Positions 26,701-36,432 of a stretch of DNA of 64,000 bases are shown one piece after another. The translations under genes and the position numbers were made by a program. Source of the stretch: Lytechinus pictus (taxonomy: Eukaryota); contig NC_087246.1 in assembly GCF_037042905.1 (NCBI RefSeq), positions 3,226,001 through 3,290,000 on the forward strand, read 5' to 3'. Under the pieces are notes generated by a model. That model was not told where the DNA came from and ran no database searches. It saw only the letters and a program-made list of their open reading frames with translations. Each line of letters starts with the position of its first letter. The first letter of the stretch is position 1.

Positions 26701-29700
26701 CATAGAATCAAATTGAGATAAATGTCCGACAACAGCACCAACTATCATGGGGTCTAGCATCCGTCTTAACCATATTGACATCTATTGGTAGATTTTGATT
26801 TCACAACCTAGCCCATGGATTTTCTCTCCCAACATTATCTTTTCTTAAGTTATTATCCCCATTGCAAGCCAGTAGAGAAGATCCATAAGGAAAGATAAAG
26901 GTCAATATTGTTAAGCAAAATAGTTTAAAGAATTAATACTTGCAATATATTTAATTTTTAAAAAAGATTATACTTGCTTTTGTAGCCCTTAACACTTACT
27001 TTAGCAGAAATATCTTAACATTTTTCATTAAATGCTTAGTTGAAATAAGTCAATGTTTTTTTTTTTTTTTTTTTCGGGGGGGGGGGGGGGGGGCTGAATC
27101 ACATTACATTACACTCTACATTGCCAGCAGTAACAATGAATAATGCCAATCGCTGAAAAAAATTGTTTTATTATAATGTAAAAAAAAACTTGCTGAGCAC
27201 TAATGTATGACTTATATATTTTTTGTTTTGCATTTCAGCATTTTCCTGACCATATCTTGGTAGCGCATGATCAAAAGCCTAAACACCAATTTTAACATAC
27301 ATTGGTGGCTCAAATTTAGGCCAAATGAATATCCAATGTGCCCATTTAAAAGCAGTGTGAGTTGGCGTGGTTCGTTATTATTTTGAACCCAGCCAATTCA
27401 TACTGATTTAAATGGGCTTCAAATCTTGGGGCCCTGGGAAATGGTTTTTATAAAAAAAAATTGGCTATGGATATTTGATATTTTACATGTTCTACCAAGG
27501 CATGGTATAAAAATACTGAAATGTAAGGAAGAAAGAAAGAAAAAATAATGTTGTTGCTTCAGATGACATTAAAAACTAGAATGCAATTAACCTGTTAATT
27601 ACAGAAGATTCAAAGTCCCTTAGTCTTTGTATAGAGACCATTCAGTTCCCTTAGGCAAATACATGCATACTATCAGAGTAGATGTAGGTCCGGGGTTCAA
27701 ATCCAACAGCAGCACTCATATTTCTTGGCAAGTCATCTACATTTGGCACCTTTCCGTCCAGGTGTAGTAAATGGGTACCCCGTAGGAAGGAGTTCCTTGA
27801 GTGTTTGAGCACATGAGCCTCGTTGTATAAAAGTTACCATTACAGTAACTTTGCCATGCAATGGTAACTTGTATGGAATCCTTGATTCTGATTGGCTGTT
27901 GATCATCGTTGCCATGATAGTTACCACTGGATGGCAAAGTTACCATAATAGTAACTTTTATGCAACAGGGCCCAGATCGGGGAAGCCATGCTAATTCTGG
28001 GGTAATAATATGCCACACTTAAAGGGGAATCCAGCCTTGGCTATAAAATGATGTGTTGGGAAGGAGAAAAATAAATTAAACAGAATGGTGAAAGTTTGAA
28101 AGAAATCGGACAAGCAATAAGAAAGTTATAGCTGCTTTAAAATTGAGATCACTAATACTATGTAGATTTCAAATTGGCAACTGAGTAAGTAACTTATGAC
28201 AAGGGGCAAGGACAACTTTCCCATAGGCCATGTACTTTATTATCAGGGATTTGTGGTTTCTCCTAAGTATACCCATTCCCCTGGGGCAGTAATCTAAATA
28301 TAACCCAGGTAGTATATTGTTTTATGTCCTCATGAAAGAAAAATATAATTTGAAATAAAACTTTTGGGGAAAATGACATTTTAGCCATAATATGTATTGG
28401 AGTACATGGAAGAGTAGTCCTTGCCTTACATCACTATGACTTCCCATATGCGGCCAATTTGAAGTCTCCATGGGTATAGTGATTACCAATATTTATAACT
28501 TTTAAAAATTCATAACTTTCTTGTTGTTGTCCGATATTGTTCAAACTTTCACCTATCAACTTGTCTTATTTTTCTTTTCCTTATAAAAACAAGTTTTTAT
28601 TTGGGTTGGATTCCCCTTTAAAAACATTGTATTAAGTGCTCTATAATACAAATGTTGTATATTATTATTTTGTCATTGATTTTATTTCTCTATTTTTTTT
28701 TCAATAAATGAACACATATCGCAGCCTGTGGTAGAAATAGTGTACTAACCAATATTCAATAATTCATGTGGTTTTTCCTACTTGTGATAAGAATCTGTTT
28801 CTTGCACTCTACTCATGCAGTAAAAACAATGGATCATTGTTACATATTTATTGTCATGTGTTTTATGTTCTTATAATTAACTGGCAGATTTTGGAATGGA
28901 AAATTGAATTGTAGATTTGTGTTGAAGTATTTATTTACTCTGTCGCATTGCAAAACTTCCTGCATTTTTTTTTCCCCAAAAGTTTTACGGCATTAAATGC
29001 GATCAATTCACTGTGCTGTCTGCTGGTTAGTCATGTTGATGTGATTTGGTGTTTTTAATAGGTGAAAGGATAATTGTCTCGAATGTTATAATAGGTTATG
29101 GCGGTGTGATGTAATCAGATTTCTTCTCATGTATTTCAGTATTTTCATGACCATATTTCGATAGGGCATGATGAAAAACCACCACACACAAATTTGACAT
29201 GAATTGGTTCATGATGGTCCAAGGCATTGTCAATTGGCTTGGTTCATTACTATTCAGAGCCAGGCTAATTTACAAAGAATTCTACAGGACTAGTATTCAT
29301 CTAACCACATGTTGGGCATACAGAGACTGATTCCCACCAAATTTGGATTGTGTTTTTCCCCCGTTTTCCACCGAGATATGGTATAAAACGTGCTGAGAAG
29401 CAAAAAATAAAAAATAAATAAAAAAGTAGTTGCACAATTGCTTTGGTACTCTATTGAGATATAGAATCCTTGTGACCTTAAAAAAATAGTATAAATGTAT
29501 AATACAAGTAAGAAATGAGGTAAACCAGTCCAGGTAAATTCAGACAGATTTCAAGGAGTTTGTTTTTATCATATTACTTTATAAAATTGTGATCGATCAG
29601 ATATTTTAATCTATGTAAGATATTTTACAAGCTTTTCTTCCATTTGCCTTGTTCCTCTCGTTTATGGCCAATGGCCATCACAGAAAACACCTTTCAACAC

Positions 29701-29900
29701 CAAATTTGAATTCTCCCAGTGTAGACCCCTCCTTTTTTAAAACTTAACTTAAAAAGAAAGTTTGAAGCACAATACCCACTCTGCATGAATATACTGTAGA
29801 GAAGCTATGATGTATCAATCTAACTATTGTTTTGATGCCGTGTGTTTTTTCTCCTTTCTTGTCTGCATGATGCTTGGGTGTTTCACAGGATAGTAAATAA
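688..29900 (+). CDS. HIP1: Huntingtin-interacting protein 1 / HIP1R (Sla2 family) gene, 5'-partial. Exons: 688-830, 7003-7059, 8405-8485, 9629-9711, 10492-10553, 10895-11035, 12248-12381, 13052-13165, 14565-14713, 15217-15382, 17875-17959, 18540-18628, 19441-19615, 20062-20151, 20946-21032, 21512-21619, 22618-22757, 23545-23652, 24105-24257, 25159-25259, 25693-25922, 26518-26690, plus an uncertain terminal exon (best candidate 29889-29900)
   Basis: The 22 AG/GT-bounded exons have compatible phases and give one stop-free frame (2669 nt, about 889 codons). Peptides recall HIP1/HIP1R: ANTH (WKFCHTLHKVLREGH, GQCRLSPLIPVILD, LPSDTLEGHRSRF), coiled coil, and I/LWEQ-THATCH (RWTEGLLSAAK, GKFEELMVCSHEIAASTAQLVAASKVKA, LRKRHYQLAG). 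Confidence 0.95.
1403..1840. mobile_element. Truncated non-autonomous DNA transposon with a CCCGGG(G)n terminus
   Basis: Left end resembles the 3648 element (ccgg-polyG-CACT); GC/CpG-rich interior; right end not clear. Confidence 0.45.
3648..4216. mobile_element. MITE with poly-G/poly-C termini and a 4-bp TSD (Sola-like)
   Basis: TIR cacttccattgacgagtggataccatgcgcgacca versus tggttgcgcatggtatccattcgtcaatgtaagtg; TAGT duplicated at 3644-3647 and 4217-4220. Confidence 0.85.
4434..4944. mobile_element. Degenerate foldback MITE
   Basis: agacactgttctca...agtggaaact is inverted to agtttccact...tgagaaaggggtct; internal palindrome gcatggacctactagtagtccatgc. Confidence 0.6.
7003..7059 (+). CDS. HIP1: HIP1 exon, ANTH domain
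   Basis: AQKQLRQHTDHLKDLGTMW; cgcag acceptor, GTGAGT donor. Confidence 0.88.
8405..8485 (+). CDS. HIP1: HIP1 exon, ANTH domain
   Basis: HHFHDGYGKLNAAYCTLLNTKLEFHRK; polypyrimidine-CAG acceptor, GTGGGT donor. Confidence 0.9.
9629..9711 (+). CDS. HIP1: HIP1 exon, ANTH domain
   Basis: NPSMPGNLVLQEPEKDIEKMCENDINN(Y); GTAAGT donor, phase 2. Confidence 0.9.
10492..10553 (+). CDS. HIP1: HIP1 exon, ANTH domain
   Basis: FQMSVEIFDYLESLITLQAA; GTAAGC donor. Confidence 0.92.
10895..11035 (+). CDS. HIP1: HIP1 exon, ANTH domain
   Basis: FRSFDMSRALSGTPSGQCRLSPLIPVILDSAQLYDFSVRLLYKLHA; GTAAGT donor. Confidence 0.93.
11553..11646. repeat. Tandem duplication, 50-bp period
   Basis: gcaccaatgtacaatgtt(g/t)gtattttatatatttaagctatttc occurs twice. 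Confidence 0.85.
12248..12381 (+). CDS. HIP1: HIP1 exon, end of ANTH domain
   Basis: LPSDTLEGHRSRFLKQFHALKEFYTKCSSIIYFRRLIQVPTLPA; GTGAGT donor. Confidence 0.93.
12477..12768 (+). mobile_element. tRNA-derived SINE
   Basis: B box GGTTCGAATCC at 12546-12556, core ccaggtgaggtaaatgggtacc and (ATT)n tail; related copies near 21100, 27670, 40734 and 63075. Confidence 0.85.
13052..13165 (+). CDS. HIP1: HIP1 exon
   Basis: DPPNFFVAAMNQDTYISPAVMLAINESMNDSSGRDSPP; GTAAGT donor. Confidence 0.9.
13205..13733. mobile_element. piggyBac-like non-autonomous element
   Basis: TTAA|CCCTTTGAACCC ... GGGTTCAAAGGG|TTAA. Confidence 0.9.
14565..14713 (+). CDS. HIP1: HIP1 exon, linker with a clathrin-box-like LVDL
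   Basis: PPSEASIEEPAFEEPVMHSAMLVDLMSSPPPQHNGQFQQQQVQQSGPDE(R); phases match both neighbours. Confidence 0.85.
15217..15382 (+). CDS. HIP1: HIP1 exon, coiled coil
   Basis: DWIIEQLREEVNQLKFELDRTKREDQRIIEELKRRLMEMEQEMNEHRTVVETQCE; GTAAGA donor. Confidence 0.92.
15601..17439. mobile_element. Non-autonomous hAT element (1.84 kb)
   Basis: TIR TAGTGCTGYA; perfect 8-bp TSD GAATGAAC at 15593-15600 and 17440-17447; subterminal CCGAA repeats at both ends. Confidence 0.92.
17875..17959 (+). CDS. HIP1: HIP1 exon, coiled coil
   Basis: ENETLRDKVKELEYAALMVSEEKLVDAE; GTGAGT donor. Confidence 0.88.
18540..18628 (+). CDS. HIP1: HIP1 exon, coiled coil
   Basis: RSKVNEERFKKMKDVYTKLREEHLSLLRV; GTGAGT donor. Confidence 0.92.
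18744..18890. repeat. Tandem duplication, about 78-bp period
   Basis: tagaaatatgagagcttgc...tgaaccctttaaacatgatt...tatgtttttcaa occurs twice. Confidence 0.85.
19441..19615 (+). CDS. HIP1: HIP1 exon, coiled coil
   Basis: NAEANKHLTTVSKSSEEMVAARQTAEKTVEKLQMSIAQTASREAQLKRQMEEQRKKLL. Confidence 0.9.
19705..19935. repeat. Compound trinucleotide microsatellite (GAT/GGT/GAG)
   Basis: Seen directly; intronic. Confidence 0.9.
20062..20151 (+). CDS. HIP1: HIP1 exon
   Basis: KAVEGAEETLKLIIQQMEDPQFASATCTP. Confidence 0.9.
20946..21032 (+). CDS. HIP1: HIP1 exon
   Basis: YLQSRAPIADECVDNLERSYNSYQQNSN; GTATGT donor. Confidence 0.87.
21100..21256 (-). mobile_element. tRNA-derived SINE, decayed copy
   Basis: ggtacccatttacctcacctgggt is the reverse complement of the SINE core near 12612. 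Confidence 0.75.
21512..21619 (+). CDS. HIP1: HIP1 exon
   Basis: FGGLIGSIASFSHSLGEYLLQGKATSNLAPVDVGE; GTAAGT donor. Confidence 0.9.
22618..22757 (+). CDS. HIP1: HIP1 exon
   Basis: LSSNCLATCNSALTVLQSLKEEDQQNFTKNENNLRDKLRDISHLTQ; GTAAGA donor. Confidence 0.9.
23545..23652 (+). CDS. HIP1: HIP1 exon, start of I/LWEQ region
   Basis: ELISEETSKTEEIGDLVETEMQSTSDLVDQAAIRIE. Confidence 0.92.
23676..23915. repeat. (GAT)n and degenerate trinucleotide microsatellite
   Basis: Seen directly; intronic. Confidence 0.85.
24105..24257 (+). CDS. HIP1: HIP1 exon, I/LWEQ domain
   Basis: EMLKRSREADTGVKLEVNERILDSCTQLMICIKELITKSKSLQQEIVASGR. Confidence 0.95.
25159..25259 (+). CDS. HIP1: HIP1 exon, I/LWEQ domain
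   Basis: GTASAKEFYKRHHRWTEGLLSAAKLVGVGASHL. Confidence 0.95.
25693..25922 (+). CDS. HIP1: HIP1 exon, I/LWEQ domain
   Basis: DSSDKVMSGRGKFEELMVCSHEIAASTAQLVAASKVKADKGSVNLKGLQVASRNVATATAGVVASAKTGAQMIAEG. Confidence 0.96.
26518..26690 (+). CDS. HIP1: HIP1 exon, I/LWEQ C-terminal helix
   Basis: SPDFTKLKLTQTKRMEMEAQVTVLELESKLEKERVLLAELRKRHYQLAGASEGWDEE; GTTAGT donor (read-through would give VSMS-stop at 26703-26705). Confidence 0.94.
27815..27975. mobile_element. Palindromic Harbinger-like MITE with a ctgattggctg core
   Basis: gttgtataaaagttaccattacagtaactttgccat is inverted to atggcaaagttaccataatagtaacttttatgcaac; relatives near 20197, 33467 and 38590. Confidence 0.75.
28023..28617. mobile_element. 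Kolobok-like MITE
   Basis: TTAA|AGGGGAATCCAGCC ... GGTTGGATTCCCCT|TTAA, with internal inverted repeats (ggtgaaagtttgaa / ttcaaactttcacc). Confidence 0.88.
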
Positions 29901-29905
29901 TACAG
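29889..29905 (+). CDS. HIP1: Candidate HIP1 microexon encoding DSK-stop
   Basis: tttcacAG|GAT AGT AAA TAA TACAG|GTATGT; phase 0 matches the previous donor. Confidence 0.55.
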
Positions 29906-31437
29906 GTATGTGGCATGGATAGTATATCACCCTAAATAGTCCGTTGGATGCTGCCCCCTATTGGTGTATATCATGCCATTTGCATCCTCTCCACTTCCCT
30001 CATGTTGTGATTTGCATTTTAACTCACAGCAATTTGTTATGTACAATTTCTCAGAAACCATCACCTTGTAGCCTATCAGCTGCTATCATTAGTCTTGGTT
30101 ACTCCCTCATATCATTCATGAGGTGTATGCCTTGTTATTTGCACCCCTACTCCCCCCCCCCCTTGATGTGTAACAAAAGTATGTTATTTGTCACTTGCAG
30201 TTTTCTTTATATACCATCACATTGTAATCTATCAGATGCTATCATATTCCTCCCTCATACCATTCACGAGGTGGTTGCATTTTAACTCGAGGTTATTTGT
30301 CTGTTTTTCTCAGAACCCTGCAAACCCAATTCTACAGATGTATAATCCTATGTGCACTCCACCCCTGTAACCCTTCATGAATTTGCTTTCAGATTGTCTC
30401 TGACTTCTGTTGTTGTTCTCAATTGTACATTTTCACTTTGTATCCCTAGTAAATTACTCCTGTTAAGGTTTAGAGGGGAAATCCTGATGTCAAGTTAGTT
30501 TTAATAGAAGCAGAAAAAAAAATTATTTTTTTATTTTTCAACTTTTAGATTTATTGTGTCATGTCAACCATGAGTCCTGTATTATACATGTAAATTGAAA
30601 AAGTGTCATTTTCTCAAAGAAAAACAAAATATAGTTCACCTCACCTAAGTCGAATTCCTTGGTAGAAGGAATATGTCCACTTTTTATTTACGCATATTTT
30701 TTTCTTCCCTTGTTTACATTCAATAAGTCAAATATTTGCAAGAAACCCTCATTGATAAGTTCCTCTCAGCTTTTTACTTTTAACCAATTTGATGCTGGGG
30801 TCGACTCTCCCTCTATGCTCTCATATGACCTTCATGTTTAACCTCTGTATTTTGTCTCATACATGTAGTTCAGGGTTATTCAGGTAATCAGTACTTTAAA
30901 GTAATAAATCCAATTTCATCTCTGTTAAACAGGGTTAGCCAGATTCAGCTCACACTCATTTGTTATGAACAATTTCTCACCCTGCAGTACTGGGAACCCT
31001 CAGTAAAACTAATAATTGGTTGTACTCTTTTATAACTTTTTTATGTACAGCACTTAGATGGTGGTGGGCTAAATTTATTTAGTGATGGTTATATAACTTA
31101 TAATCCTTAACTTTATATGTGTTATGCATTCTTCTCCCTCCAAGGTGGAGTGATATCATTTACACCACTCTGTCTCCTATCATTTTCATGTGGGATATGA
31201 TGGATTCTTTCCAATTTATATCAGTTGCCTATTGACATAACACAGAGTATCCCATTCTGAGGTGTAAAGGCTTAATCCCACAGGATGAAATCATTTGATT
31301 TCACTTGCTATTAAACTCAAGTAAAAGCGGATTGTTTGGACGCTTTAATAAGCAAAGATCCTACATTTCACACAAAATTGACAAATTCATACTTTTCATA
31401 ATATTCATGGTGATGGAAAACTCCTATTTTGTAAGAC

Positions 31438-31977
31438 AAAGGTCACATTCCAAATGATTTTCCTACTTTTTAATAATAAATAAACAGAAAGTCGATTTAG
31501 ATATAAAGAGAAAAATCTAACAAGCATAAAAAAAAAATTATTACATTTTCAAAACAGTTATTTGCACATCCTGGTCGGTATGCAAATGAGGGAACTGATG
31601 ACATCACCCACTCACTATTTCTTTTGTAATATATTACATGAAGTATTCTAATTTTCTCCTCATTGTCATGTGAAACAAGGTTTTATTCCTCCCTGAACAT
31701 GTAGTATTACCAGTGTTTGAACATTTTGTTGTTCAGTAATGTTGATCCATGTTGTAAAATTTGTAAAAATTGAAATATTGTATAATTCAAGCAATAAAAA
31801 TCAAAAGAAATATTGATTAAGGGACATCATCAACAACTTTCATTTGCAAGTCACTAAGTTGTGCATATAACTGTTTTTTGAAAAATAAGTGCAACATCAA
31901 AATTTTAGTGTTATGATTGCTTGATTTTTCTCTATCGATTCAAATCAACATTTTTCTAGGGTGGAATTGACCTATAA
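31438..31977. mobile_element. Older Kolobok-like MITE
   Basis: aaaggtcacattcca ... tggaattgaccta termini; similar decayed copy at 54260-54567. Confidence 0.55.
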
Positions 31978-34900
31978 TCATGTCTTTGTGTCACCAGAGT
32001 CACTGTATAATCCCTTCATTCCTTCACTCCCATTATCCCAGCTCACTGTACATTCATATTGTGGGTATACCAGTGTGCTCTGCTGGTGTTAACCATGATT
32101 AGATAATGAAGGAAAGAGTTCTTTCTTGGGTTCTTCCTTGACCTAACCCTGCTGCAGGATATCCTTACACCATAAATTCACCCTTTCAAATTACTCAAGT
32201 GCTAAGAATAAATCACATTCACCATTTTCTGACACAGCTCCAAACATGTATAGCGTTTAATCCCCTCACATATCTTTTGTTGTATTCAACATTTCTGTAC
32301 ATGTTCTGTGTGTGTGAATACATTATTGTTTTACTGTTTTACATGAATCCCAGTACTCATACATGCATCTTGCACAAGCTGCATTAAGGATATCATCTGT
32401 TTGACATCTTGATACCATTAGCACTGAATGGTCTGCAAGTTACAAAGAATTTCATTACACTTTCAAAATTTGGTGCTCTTTTTTTTACATCCATCAAATC
32501 TGTCATGGAAATGCATTATTAAAATCATCACCTGCTCTGAACATTCATGTATTCTTGAAAAACTTGCATACATGTAGTCTTCATGCTGTTTCAGATTGAA
32601 GTGTTGAGCTTTATTAATTCTAGGTCTCTACCTCTCTCTCTCTCTCTCTTTCTGTCTTTCTGTAACAGTACATCTGTGTCTCTTACTCTGTCAAGTCTGA
32701 TATGCTAATATATTGTAAACTAAAAGTTATTTTATGGTCACACAAATAATGATGGAGAGGAATTTATCAAATAATTTTGTGGTATTCATGTCTTTTGCAG
32801 TGATAAATTTAGATTTTAGATGTACCAAATACCAATTAAATAATTAAAAAAGGTGAGGAAGAGCTCTGGAAAAATTGTATTTTAGAATTATGGTAAAAGT
32901 GGCAACCTCATATAAGTATTGTATCGAACAGTCTTGTAACAGAAGTAGAGACCTTTTTTTTATAGAGGAAAGATTGTTGCCACTTATGCCCCACATATAC
33001 TTATAAATTACAGCTTGCTCTAAGATTATTTTATAAATCTTGAGACACAAGGCATTAACAGCCCACTGATGATATGTTTAGAATGAATGATGAGCCTACC
33101 AAAAGATTGTACATTTAACCATGTGAATGGAGAATGTTTATGCATTGTGTGTAACCAAGCTTTCATCCGATGACCAGTGTGATTGATATAAATAAACTGC
33201 TAATGTCACTTTATAAAGATATACAAATTGCAGCTTTTATCATCATAATCGTCACCATCTTTACCCTTAATTTTAATCTTCGTTATTTTTTTCAGGATGA
33301 TGTTGACTTTGGAGGACAAGGAGAATACGCTGATCTGGTGTAGAGAAGACACATGCTCAGTTTGTAGATGATAGTAGGTGATGAGGTTATGTGGATAGAC
33401 ATGGTACAACCATAGAGAATGTTTAGAGAGATGGCTGTAACAAGTAAACTATGAGGGCTTTATTATGGGGAGCATTTCATGAAACAAATAGTCAGTGATT
33501 TTTATTGACGACTGTTATAAGTTTCTGAAATCCTTGCATCTGATTGGCTGAGAAAAAATATATCAGTGAAATTTACTGACAAGATCCTTCATGGAACACA
33601 GCCCTTACAGTGGTCTCCCATGATTGTCACTTATGTTGTCAAACATACACCATTTGATACATTCATTGGGTTTGCTTAGATATTGCTTACTCTGAAACAA
33701 ACAAAAATATTAATGATACCTTGTATTTCATGTAATATATTCTTGCTAAATACAATTGTCCATTAAACTAAGTCATATCAGCAATACCAAACACTTTGAT
33801 AATGTTTACATTGTGGCTGCAAATGTTATATTTCATGTTAGAAAAAGAAATGTTTCATAAGTTAAATTTCAATATTTCACCTTTTCAAAGTCATGTTTCA
33901 TATACCTGCAAACCAAAAGCTTTCTAAACCCTTTCCTCATGGGCAGTATTACTGTTACGTGGTTGAAATCCTGTAATATTTGCTATGGCTCAGTGTTTAT
34001 AGAGCCATGATATATAACCAGAAGTTTTGGATTCAAAGCCATGTTGGTGTCTTTATGCCTTATTAATTGGCATTCATCTTTATTTTAAACAGCATTCCCA
34101 GCCATATATTCAGAATCATTTATCATTCTTACTGTGATATTAACCAAATAAATTATTGACAATGTGATATTTGGTCAGTTTTATAAAGTTCCCTGAAAAT
34201 AAAATTGTGTTCATAGGGATAAATGTACTCTTCACAAATGAAGAAACCAAAACATAATAAGAAGTATATGGTGCTATACCAAACATCATTCGTTACAGTT
34301 CAAAACTACTCTGTGTATCTGTTTATTTATATTTGTTAGTATACCATGTATCTTATTTATTGACATAAAAGAAATAGCCCATTGTGGCATTAGAGGTGTA
34401 TGTAAGAGATGCTGCCATTTTGACTCCCAGTTTTATTTTCTTGGATACATTTGAAAGTAAGTTTCAGCCGTTTGTATATCTTTATGTAAATGATCAATTT
34501 CATATTTTCCAATTTATAGCATTTTATGTATTAAAAAAAAGGAAACCCAAAGATATGTATATTGAGATACCCTAATCAGACAATATTTTTCTCGATAAAG
34601 GCCTATTGATGATTGTTGTATTTTTAATCAGACCTTCAATGGCTGGCTTAATCGTTAAACTATGTGTTGGAAATGTGATATTTCAAGCAATCAGAAAATA
34701 TTCAAATGGGAAAGCAAATAGCCATGAGAGAATATGATTTGAGAAAATTATTTTGATTGACACATTGGTTGGTATTCTGATGGATATAAAGCATCAAATT
34801 TATTACAATTTTGTATATAATCATACTCAGTTTTGATGTAGCACAGATTACTGAAGTGCTCTAAGGTACCCCTCCTTAAATGCAAACCATGCTTAAATGT

Positions 34901-36045
34901 AGTGCCTTCACAGATAAAATATTGTGATCCTGTATTGAAAATGAAAAGATCACATGAGAGTAAAATTAATTTCTAAGATGATTTTTTTTGTCTTAAATGT
35001 TGAGTGGGGAAAAATGAAGCTTGGAATTTGAAATAAGTGGTTTTTCAGTCCTATTAAGCTAATTAATGTTTATTTTATGGGAATACTACCTAGTGAGTCA
35101 AGATGGCCTGAAGAAAACATTGAAATACTTGATATATGTGTTATAATCTTACTTCATTGTCACTACCTACTCAGTTATGTCAATCAGTTGTGATAGTTTT
35201 CACACACAAAAAGCTTGTATTTCAGATTACTTTAAGCTGACAATATATGAGGCATGAATGGGTGATATAAGTGAATCAAATTTTATTCAAAAACTTTTAA
35301 GCAAAATTTATGATTTTTGTTCAAGATTCATTCATTTATTAACTTTTGAAGTGTTTAGTGTATATCTGAATAATGCATTGCAAATGTTAGTTAAGTTAAG
35401 CTCAGAAAATATGAGTTTCTGAAATATGAATGAAAAGCATTGTAATGATATTTCCTATGATAATGTATTGATATGTAAAATGATAATTTCTTGTTCGCAA
35501 ATACCTGTATCAAATCATGCATGCATAATGAAACAAATAATAAGTAATATGCTGTAAAGGTATATAAAATTGCAGCAAAATTTTCCACATTTTTATCAAT
35601 ATTGTACATCTTCCATGCATTTGTCACTATGTGTTGTATTTATCAAATTATTTCTATATTCTATTTTTCTATTTATCACTCGTGTATATAAACAGTGAAA
35701 GTGAACAACAATGTTCTATTTCTTGTAACATTAGTTAATCTAACAACGTGCATGTGTATATAAAAAATCAAGTAGGAAGTTTATGGTTGTAGATTGAAGC
35801 TTAGTATGACGTGAAATTTACTGGGAGAATAATGAAAACTTTGTGTAACCACACCCTTCAACCAAGTATCCTTGCACACATTACATTGCTTGGGCTTTCC
35901 ATACAGCCTAGGCACTTTTTATTTGCCCAACTAATGTCTAAAAAAAACTTTAAGGGAATTTGCATTGTTTCCAAAGTTCCCATGTTCAAGTTACTGTTCT
36001 GTAATAAGGAAAACTCTTACTGATATATATTGGAGGAAGCTTTGA

Positions 36046-36076
<31 letters not shown>

Positions 36077-36393
36077 TGAGATATGATTACATTTATTTCT
36101 TTGTAGACTTGTACATTGTTAAGGAGAATGTGCTAAGGAGTATTGTCAACCAGTGCTCAAGTCCTTGAATTTGTCTATTCCTTTGCAAAAACGTTTTTCA
36201 TAATTGTCAATAAATCATGAAACCTCTAAGGTTATGTTTGATTTTTTTTTTCCTGATGAAAAAAAAAGTTTATCTTTATTCTAAATTTTAGTTCTTTATT
36301 TTACTTAAAATAGTGAGATGATATTTTACCCTGACATGTGTTTTTTTTTTGTCACAAGAGTGACTAATATAAAATATAAGAAAGTCAAAAGGG

Positions 36394-36432
36394 GCCTAAG
36401 CTTTCGATCCTAGCAGAATCTTCGTCGGAGGC
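36394..36432 (-). ncRNA. Minimal type-I hammerhead ribozyme-like motif (Penelope-like element remnant)
   Basis: Minus strand reads GCCT-CCGACGA-A-GATTC-TGCTA-GGATC-GAAA-GC-TT-AGGC: stem I, core, stem II, GAAA and a palindromic minimal stem III. Confidence 0.65.

Larger units (their letters stand above)
27670..28670 (+). mobile_element. tRNA-derived SINE interrupted by two DNA-transposon insertions
   Basis: B-box-like GGTTCAAATCC and core ccaggtgtagtaaatgggtacc; body resumes at 27976 and tail at 28622, collinear with the minus-strand copy at 63075-63272. Confidence 0.7.
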
